Part shown: positions 57,749 to 64,000 of the stretch, piece by piece
Numbering within the stretch: position 1 is the stretch's first letter
How the letters are laid out: each line of letters starts with the position of its first letter
Assembly: GCA_021816155.1 (NCBI GenBank)
Contig: JAKAZA010000001.1
Span: 6,018 to 70,017, forward strand
DNA: 64,000 nt
Direction: 5' to 3'
From: Pseudomonadota bacterium
GTDB lineage: Bacteria; Pseudomonadota; Alphaproteobacteria; Caulobacterales; Caulobacteraceae
Translations under genes and position numbers: made by a program
Notes under the pieces: generated by a model
The model's input: the letters and a program-made list of their open reading frames with translations, nothing else
Databases searched by the model: none
What the model was told of the DNA's origin: nothing

Positions 57749-58027
57749 CTTCGGCTCACCTCGCGCTTCGGCCGTGCCCCGCGTGGCGGGCGCCCCGACC
57801 GCTCCTGACTCTGCGCGCGAACCACTCGAACGGAACGGCGCGCCCCGCAAGAACCAACTGGCCTCGGTGCGAAAGGCGGCCTGCGTCAAGGCGCCGCAAA
57901 CCAGCGTCCCCGTCGACCGCCGCCCCCCGGCCCAGAAAGCTCTTGTGGGGGTTCCCCTAGAATGCGTCTTAGGCTTTTTCAACATGCCATTCCGCATTTC
58001 ACCAAGACGGCCCGGGAGACCGCACGA

Positions 58028-58921
58028 GTGACCGCCCCATCGACGACCGTGCTGGCCCCCGACATCCGGGATCGACGCGACCGTGCGAAGGCCTGGTTCG
58101 AGGAGCTCCAGCAGCGGATCTGCGCGGAACTGGAGCGCCTTGAGGACGCGGCGCCGGCGGAGCTGTACCCCGAGGCGGCCGGCCGCTTCGATTTCCGGCC
58201 GTGGACCCGGCAGACGGGCGAAGGCGGCGGGCTCGGCGGCTTCATGACCGGCCGTCTCTTCGAGAAAGCCGGCGTGCACACGTCGGCGGCGACGGCCAGG
58301 TTCTCGCCCGACATGGCCAAGTCGATGCCGGGCGCGGACGTCGATCCGACCTACGTCTCGGCCTCCATCAGCCTGATCATCCATCCGTGGTCGCCTCGCG
58401 TGCCCACCGTGCACATGAACACCCGCTTCCTCTCGACCGCACAGAGCTGGTTCGGCGGCGGCGCCGATCTGACTCCGATGATCGGGGCCCAGCGCAGCCA
58501 GGAGGCGGACGACGCGGTGCTGTTCCACGCCGCGATGAAGGCGGCCTGCGATCGGTTCGATCCCGGCTGCTACGCGAAATACAAGGCTTGGTGCGATGAG
58601 TATTTCTTCCTGCCGCACCGGGGCGAGCCGCGCGGGGTCGGCGGCATCTTCTACGACCAGCTTTCAAGCGGCGACTTCGAGCGCGACTTCGCCTTCACCC
58701 GGGCGGTCGGCGAGGCCTTCCTGGATGTCTATCCGAAGATCGTCGCCCATCGCATGGACGAGCCGTGGACCGAGGCCGACCGCGAGGAGCAACTGGTGCG
58801 CCGCGGCCGCTACGTCGAATTCAACCTGCTCTACGACCGCGGCACGATGTTCGGTTTCAAGCAAGGCGCCAACATCGAGACGATGCTCTCCTCGATGCCG
58901 CCGCTGGTGCGGTGGCCGTGA
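58028..58921 (+). CDS. hemF: Oxygen-dependent coproporphyrinogen III oxidase
   Basis: [17 protein letters not shown]...[21 protein letters not shown]...RGVGGIFYD...[21 protein letters not shown] 58028 follows GGGAGA. Confidence 0.9.
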   Translation: MTAPSTTVLAPDIRDRRDRAKAWFEELQQRICAELERLEDAAPAELYPEAAGRFDFRPWTRQTGEGGGLGGFMTGRLFEKAGVHTSAATARFSPDMAKSMPGADVDPTYVSASISLIIHPWSPRVPTVHMNTRFLSTAQSWFGGGADLTPMIGAQRSQEADDAVLFHAAMKAACDRFDPGCYAKYKAWCDEYFFLPHRGEPRGVGGIFYDQLSSGDFERDFAFTRAVGEAFLDVYPKIVAHRMDEPWTEADREEQLVRRGRYVEFNLLYDRGTMFGFKQGANIETMLSSMPPLVRWP

Positions 58922-59013
58922 CGCCCGGTGCTCGCCGCATGCGCTGACGCCGCGGCATACTCGACAGGCGGCGCACGAAGTCCGACCGTCACGCCCGACG
59001 ACGGAGGAAGCCC

Positions 59014-59913
59014 ATGCCCCATGCGAATGCGAACGGCCTTTCCATCTATTACGAGAGCCACGGCCCAGACGACGCGGAACCGATCCTGCTGATCATGGGG
59101 CTCGGCGCGCAGATGACGCGCTGGTCGCCGGAGATGATCGGTGCGCTGGTGGCCGCCGGCCACCGGGTGATCGCCTATGACAACCGCGACGTGGGCCTCT
59201 CCGGGAAGCTCGACTCGGCCGGCGCGCCGGACATGGGTGCGGTCGTGGCCGCCGTGCGCGAGCGGCGAGCGGCGCCGGTCGCCTATACGCTCTCCGAGAT
59301 GGCGGCCGACGGCGCCGCCCTGCTCGATGCGATCGGCGTCGAGCGAGCGCACATCGTCGGCGCGTCGATGGGCGGGATGATCGCCCAGCTGGTGGCGGCG
59401 GACTTCCCACAGAGGACGCTGTCGCTCACCTCGATCATGTCGTCGACCGGCAATCCGGACCTGCCGCGCGCCACGCCGGAGGCGATGGCCCGGCTGACCA
59501 CGCCCGCGCCCGACCCGAACAAGGACCTGGAGGGCTTTCTCGCCAGCGCGGTCGAGGGCGCCAAGGTGATGGCTTCTCGATATGCGCCGGACGAGGCGAT
59601 GGTGCGCGCCCAGGCGCTGGCCGATTTCAGGCGTTGCCACTACCCGGTGGGTTTCCAGCGTCAGTACGCCGCCATCCTCGCCTCGCCCGACCGCCGGCCG
59701 AAGCTGCGCAGGCTCGAGGCGCCCACCGTGGTCATCCACGGCGAGGACGACCCGCTGGTCCCGTTGGCAGGCGGCCGCGACACCGCCGAGAACGTGCCGG
59801 GCGCCGAGCTGATCGTCGTGCCCGGCGTCGGACACGAGATGCCGGCGCCGACGCTCAACGTGTTTGTGAGCGGCATCCTCTCGGCCGTGAAGCGAGCGCG
59901 GGCGCCGGCCTGA
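59014..59913 (+). CDS. Alpha/beta-fold hydrolase
   Basis: ILLIMGLGAQM, nucleophile elbow HIVGASMGGMIAQ, VIHGEDDPLVP, PGVGHEMP. Confidence 0.85.
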   Translation: MPHANANGLSIYYESHGPDDAEPILLIMGLGAQMTRWSPEMIGALVAAGHRVIAYDNRDVGLSGKLDSAGAPDMGAVVAAVRERRAAPVAYTLSEMAADGAALLDAIGVERAHIVGASMGGMIAQLVAADFPQRTLSLTSIMSSTGNPDLPRATPEAMARLTTPAPDPNKDLEGFLASAVEGAKVMASRYAPDEAMVRAQALADFRRCHYPVGFQRQYAAILASPDRRPKLRRLEAPTVVIHGEDDPLVPLAGGRDTAENVPGAELIVVPGVGHEMPAPTLNVFVSGILSAVKRARAPA

Positions 59914-59925
59914 ACGCCGCCCCGG

Positions 59926-60621
59926 TCAGCCCTCGAGGAACCGCGCGATCCAGCCGGCGACGAGGACGTGGTCGTCGGGTCGCGCGAGGCTCTCGATCGC
60001 CGCCTCCGCCAGGGCCGCGTCGATCCGCGCGCCCTTGCGGCCCTCGATCAACGCCATCGAGTAGGCCGGCGCGAACTCCGGGTGCAGCTGGCACGAGACT
60101 GCGTCGTTGCCGTAGGCGACGAGCCCGTTCGGGCAGAAGCCGCTGCCGGCGAGGACGGTCGCGTCCGGCGGCAGCTCGACCACCTGGTCCTGATGCGAGG
60201 CCGATAGAGAGACCGCCCTCGCGGAGGTCTGCATCCAACCGGCCGGCCGCACCACGTCATACGTGTGCAATCCCACGCCCCAGCCTTTCGGCGACTTGAT
60301 CGCGGCGCCGCCGAACGCCTGGGCCATCGCCTGATGGCCGAAGCACACGCCCACCAGCTTCGCCCGTCCCCGGGCCGCGCGCAGGAAAGCCAGCAAGTCC
60401 GCGATCCAGGGGTCTCCATCGTACACCCCTGCGGCGGCGCCGGTGACGATGTAGGCGTCACAGGCCTCCGGGCTGTCCGGTATGCCTCCGTCAGGCGCAT
60501 CGTAGGTCGCCCACGCATAGCCGCGGCCGGCGAGCAGCGTCTGGAACATGGCCGGGTAGTCGCCGAAGCGGGGCTGCAGCGCGCGCGGCGGGCGCCCAGC
60601 GGCGAGAACGCCGATCTTCAT
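59926..60621 (-). CDS. Type 1 glutamine amidotransferase domain protein
   Basis: LVGVCFGHQAMAQAFGG (Cys-His) and SHQDQV...QLHPEF. Confidence 0.85.
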   Translation of the reverse strand: MKIGVLAAGRPPRALQPRFGDYPAMFQTLLAGRGYAWATYDAPDGGIPDSPEACDAYIVTGAAAGVYDGDPWIADLLAFLRAARGRAKLVGVCFGHQAMAQAFGGAAIKSPKGWGVGLHTYDVVRPAGWMQTSARAVSLSASHQDQVVELPPDATVLAGSGFCPNGLVAYGNDAVSCQLHPEFAPAYSMALIEGRKGARIDAALAEAAIESLARPDDHVLVAGWIARFLEG

Positions 60622-60634
60622 GGCTTCCTCACCC

Positions 60635-61882
60635 CTAGTACGCCATGCCTTGCGCGACCGCCTTCAGCCGCTCGATCAGCGCGAGCTTGTCGTTCGGAAA
60701 GTCGTTGTCGATCCACCATGCCTCGACCTCGCGCAGCACCTCGCCCACCAGGGGCCCTTCCGGCACGCCGGCGGCCATCACTTCCTCGCCGGTCATTGGA
60801 AGGCGTGGGACCGGAAAGCTCTGCGCGGTCGGCAGCAGGGCCCGCCACTGCGTCGCGGCGGCCGGCCGGCCGGCGGCCCAGCCGAGCGTCGCGCGGTCGC
60901 AGAAGGCCTGCAGGCCGAGCCGGTAGACGAGCTGGCGCGTTTCCTTCGGGCTCATCCAGGAGACGAGGCGCGGTTGCGGGTTCAAGGCGGCCGCGAGGCG
61001 GTCGCGCTGGGCGTTGGAAAGGCGCAGGCGTTCGGCCAGGCGCGCGGCGGTCGCGGGGTCGTCCGGCAGAAGCGCCGCTAGGCGAAGCAGCGCGTCCTCG
61101 CTGAAAAGCTGCTCGGTCTCGATCGCCACCAGCTGCTCGAGCCGCTCGAGTCCCCGCGCCTCCGGCAGCACGAGCGCGAGGACGCCGGCCTGGGCCATCA
61201 GGCGCAGCGCCGCGCGCGGATCCTCCGCCGCCAGCAGCTTCAGGAGCTCGGCCGACACCCGCTCGGCGGAAAGGGCCCTGACCAGCTCGCGCAAGGCCGC
61301 GCAAGCGGCCAGTGCGGTCGCGTCCGGCTCGCCGCGCCCATACCAGGCGTAGAACCGGAAGAAGCGCAGGATCCGCAACGCGTCCTCGCGGATACGCGTC
61401 TCGGCGTCGCCGACGAACACGATGCGGCCGGCGCGCGCGTCGGCGAGGCCCCCGGCCGTCGGGTCGTAGAGGCGTCCGTTCGGATCGGCATAGAGCGCGT
61501 TGAGGCGGAAGTCGCGCCGTTGGGCGTCCTCGGCCCAGTCGGTCGTGAAGGCGACGACGGCGCGCCGACCGTCGGTCTCGACGTCGCGGCGAAGGGTGGT
61601 GATCTCGAACGGCCTGCCTTCAGCGACCGCCGTCACCGTGCCGTGCTCCACGCCGGTCGGATGCGCCTTCAGGCCGGCCGCGACGAGCGCCCGGATCACC
61701 TCGCTCGGGGTGAGCGTGGTGGCGATGTCGATGTCGTCGATCGGCCGCTTGAGGATGGCGTTGCGGACGCAGCCGCCGACGAACCGCGCGCAGCCCGGCC
61801 CGCCTGCGGCCTCGAGCGCGGCGATGACGCCGCGCGTCGAGGACCGCGTCATCCAGGGCGCCGCACCGAGGGATTCGATCAT
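60635..61882 (-). CDS. cca: CCA tRNA nucleotidyltransferase (poly(A) polymerase family)
   Basis: RFVGGCVRNAILKRPIDDIDIATT...HGTVT...RRDFRLNALY. Confidence 0.9.
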   Translation of the reverse strand: MIESLGAAPWMTRSSTRGVIAALEAAGGPGCARFVGGCVRNAILKRPIDDIDIATTLTPSEVIRALVAAGLKAHPTGVEHGTVTAVAEGRPFEITTLRRDVETDGRRAVVAFTTDWAEDAQRRDFRLNALYADPNGRLYDPTAGGLADARAGRIVFVGDAETRIREDALRILRFFRFYAWYGRGEPDATALAACAALRELVRALSAERVSAELLKLLAAEDPRAALRLMAQAGVLALVLPEARGLERLEQLVAIETEQLFSEDALLRLAALLPDDPATAARLAERLRLSNAQRDRLAAALNPQPRLVSWMSPKETRQLVYRLGLQAFCDRATLGWAAGRPAAATQWRALLPTAQSFPVPRLPMTGEEVMAAGVPEGPLVGEVLREVEAWWIDNDFPNDKLALIERLKAVAQGMAY

Positions 61883-61903
61883 CGCAGCGCCCCGACAGGC
61901 CGG

Positions 61904-62551
61904 TTAGGTGGCGGCGCCATAGAGCCGATCATAGAGCGCGCGCAGCATCCCGGCGGTCGCCCCCCAGATGTACTGGCCCTCCCACGTGGCGGCGTAAAAG
62001 CGGCGCTTGTCGCCGGCCGGCATCTCGCGCTCCTGCTGGGTGAGGTTGGCGGGGTCCATGATGAAGCCGAACGGAGTCTCGAAGATGTCCGCGACTTCCG
62101 CCGGATTGGGCGTGAGCGTGAAGCCGGGCTCGATGAAGCCGACCACCGGCGTGATCTGGAAGCCTGTGACGGCGGTGCGGAACGGCGTGGAAAGGCCGGC
62201 CAGCTCCACATGCGACGGGTGGAGGCCGATCTCCTCGTGCGCCTCGCGCAACGCCGTCTCCCACGGGGTCTCACCGGGATCGCTGCGACCGCCGGGAAAG
62301 GCGACCTGGCCGGTATGGCTGCGCAGCGTGTCGGCGCGGCGCGTCAGCAGCACGGTGAGCCCCTGTTCGCGTTGCACCAGGCCCACCAGCACGGCGGCGG
62401 GTGTCCAGGTGGCCGCGTCGTCGGCTGCCCGGTCGGGATCGATGCTGAGGTCGGATCGGACCGGCCGTTCGCCGAGGAGGGCCGCGTCGAGCGGATCGAG
62501 GTGGCGGGTGATCCAGCCGCGCAGCGCGATCGGGGGCGAATCCGGGCTCAT
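61904..62551 (-). CDS. CoA pyrophosphatase (NUDIX hydrolase)
   Basis: NUDIX box GQVAFPGGRSDPGETPWETALREAHEEIGL. Start trimmed to ATG 62551, overlapping the DUF1285 stop. Confidence 0.85.
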   Translation of the reverse strand: MSPDSPPIALRGWITRHLDPLDAALLGERPVRSDLSIDPDRAADDAATWTPAAVLVGLVQREQGLTVLLTRRADTLRSHTGQVAFPGGRSDPGETPWETALREAHEEIGLHPSHVELAGLSTPFRTAVTGFQITPVVGFIEPGFTLTPNPAEVADIFETPFGFIMDPANLTQQEREMPAGDKRRFYAATWEGQYIWGATAGMLRALYDRLYGAAT

Positions 62552-63117
62552 ACCTGGTGCGCTCCGGCCGGACCGATCGGAAACCAGACGCCGCGGGACG
62601 TGACGCCCAGCCGCGGACCCTCGGGCGTGTCCCGCTCCTCGGCCATCTCCACCAGCTCGTAGAACACGGGGCGCGCGATGCGGGCCTCGAGGCCGCGGCG
62701 CACGTGCACGTAAGGCCGGGGCTCGCCGGTTGCGGGATCGACGTCGACGCGGATCGTGTTCTCCGGCCCGGCCTCGACCGCGTCCCCGACGTTGGTGAGG
62801 AACCTCAGCGCCTCGCCGTCTCGGTCGACACGGACCGCCACGAACGGCGCGTCCTCGACGGTGATCTTCATCTTCTCGACCGGCGTGACCAGATAGATCC
62901 CGTCGGGGTCTTTGCGCAGCACGGTCGAGAACAGCCGCACCAGCGCCTCGCGGCCGATAGGCGTCCCTTCGTGGAACCAGAGGCCGTTCTTCTTGATGAC
63001 GATGTCGATCTCGCCGCAGTGGGCGGGGTTCCACAGGTGCACCGGCGGCAGGCCGCGGCCGGGCGCCTGCTTCGCCGCCTCCGTCACCCGCTCCAGTCCG
63101 CCCGCAGTCTCCGCCAT
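62548..63117 (-). CDS. DUF1285 domain-containing protein
   Basis: LPPVHLWNPAHCGEIDIVIKKNGLWFHEGTPIGREALVRLFSTVLRKD. The DUF1285-NUDIX-cca order is conserved in Alphaproteobacteria, to my recollection. Confidence 0.8.
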   Translation of the reverse strand: MAETAGGLERVTEAAKQAPGRGLPPVHLWNPAHCGEIDIVIKKNGLWFHEGTPIGREALVRLFSTVLRKDPDGIYLVTPVEKMKITVEDAPFVAVRVDRDGEALRFLTNVGDAVEAGPENTIRVDVDPATGEPRPYVHVRRGLEARIARPVFYELVEMAEERDTPEGPRLGVTSRGVWFPIGPAGAHQV

Positions 63118-63148
63118 GGGACGTAGGTAGGACGAAGCGGGAAGGGGC

Positions 63149-63652
63149 TCAAGCCGCCGCCACGGGACCTTCCAGCGGGGGGGCGTCGGAGGCCAGCGCC
63201 TTCGCCAGCACCCGCCGCTGGTCGACCGGTCCCGGCATCACGAGCCTGGGCGCGGCGGCGAATCCGTGCGGTCCGAAGAGCGGCGTGTCGCCGACCAGGA
63301 CGATCAGCTTGTGGCCGGCCGCGGCGGCCGCCTCGCAGGCGCGCTCGACCAGCGCCCCGCCAAGCCCGTGGCGCCGGTAGGCGGGATCGACGGCTATTGG
63401 ACCCAGCAGCAGCGCCGGTGCGCCGGCGACGCTCACCGCCCATTGCCGCACGCATCCGACCAGCTGCGGCCCGTCCCAGGCCACGAACGAGCAGTCGAGG
63501 AGCGGCGCCTCGCCATGCTCGCGCAACCGCTCGGCGGCCTTGGCGTATCGGCCCGGTCCGAAAGCGGCAAACACCAGCCGCTCCACCGCTTCGGCATCCT
63601 CGGCCCTCTCCGCGGCGAGCGTGGGCGGCGATGTGGCGACGGCGAGGCTCAT
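63149..63652 (-). CDS. GNAT-family N-acetyltransferase
   Basis: LLLGPIAVDPAYRRHGLGGALVERACEAA (acetyl-CoA motif A). Start at ATG 63652 or 63670. Confidence 0.75.
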   Translation of the reverse strand: MSLAVATSPPTLAAERAEDAEAVERLVFAAFGPGRYAKAAERLREHGEAPLLDCSFVAWDGPQLVGCVRQWAVSVAGAPALLLGPIAVDPAYRRHGLGGALVERACEAAAAAGHKLIVLVGDTPLFGPHGFAAAPRLVMPGPVDQRRVLAKALASDAPPLEGPVAAA

Positions 63653-63739
63653 CGGAAGGCGCGCGCACATAGGGGCAACCTCCCAGGCCGTCAACGAGGA
63701 TTGCGGCGACGGCCACGCTCGGGCATCAGAGAACCGCCC

Positions 63740-64000
63740 GTGTCCGACACCCCGCCGCCCGCCTCCGCCCGCGACCTGCTGCGCCAGCGAGACTATGTCC
63801 TCTTCTGGGTCTCGCGATCGCTGGGGTCGCTGGGGGTTCAGATCCAGAGCGTGGCGATGGGCTGGCAAGTCTACGACCTGTCGCGGCAGCAGCATCTGTC
63901 GATCAACCAGGCCTCATTCAACGTCTCCCTGATCGGCCTCATCACCTTCACGCCGCTGTTTTTCCTGGCGCTCCCCGCCGGGATGAGCGCTGACCGCTAC
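63740..64000 (+). CDS. MFS transporter, N-terminal 87 codons (runs off the window)
   Basis: GTG 63740, then my translation SDTPPPASARDLLRQRDYVLFWVSRSLGSLGVQIQSVAMGWQVYDLS...LIGLITFTPLFFLALPAGMSADRY. The frame is open to nt 64000. Not in the ORF track because there is no stop. Confidence 0.7.
   Translation, partial: MSDTPPPASARDLLRQRDYVLFWVSRSLGSLGVQIQSVAMGWQVYDLSRQQHLSINQASFNVSLIGLITFTPLFFLALPAGMSADRY

Noticed and set aside
57943-57963. TTGTGG ... TAGAAT promoter-like pair upstream of hemF
   Set aside because: The spacer is only 9 nt, too short for either the E. coli-type or the Caulobacter-type spacing. I also found no FNR/FixK box (TTGAT-N4-ATCAA) in the petA/hemF gap.

Overview
This is a very GC-rich chromosomal segment. 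It reads like an alphaproteobacterium of the Caulobacterales type: HWE histidine kinases, a UrcA-family protein, a CC0125/CC1285-like lipoprotein, DUF4167 next to prmC, divergent lysC/ubiG, lgt-NDUFAF7-like-pgeF, petABC and DUF1285-NUDIX-cca. I can support 67 protein-coding genes, densely packed on both strands, many with 1-4 nt stop/start overlaps. I found no rRNA, tRNA, CRISPR array, transposase or integrase. Most of the window is housekeeping: clpB, prmC, ispG, ptsP, lysC, ubiG, uvrC, acs, proC, lgt, prs, rplY-pth-ychF, apt, petABC, hemF and cca. Because of the GC content, almost every real gene is shadowed by long Arg/Ala/Pro/Gly-rich ORFs in other frames, and I rejected those. Several ORF-track starts are too far upstream and were trimmed. 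Three true genes are not in the track as such: clpB and a terminal MFS gene (both cut by the window edges), and the 5' end of the efflux outer-membrane factor. Items worth a second look: (1) an orphan TIR domain fused to a four-helix membrane module (37959-38942); (2) a FixL-type heme-PAS domain joined to an HWE kinase with a receiver-only partner (1883-3324); (3) an 11-kb opposite-strand block between lysC and ptsP holding a sensor, an RND efflux system and a beta-propeller gene; (4) two genes whose conserved N-termini lie upstream of any ATG/GTG/TTG (the efflux outer-membrane factor, likely ATC start, and prmC); (5) an AT-rich promoter plus palindromic operator in front of a translationally coupled GntR-slipin operon that is probably leaderless; (6) a hybrid HWE kinase, DUF883/YqjE pair and redox-enzyme cluster bracketed by two VOC paralogues. 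All family calls rest on motifs I recognise by eye in the supplied translations. No searches were run, and many start codons remain uncertain.
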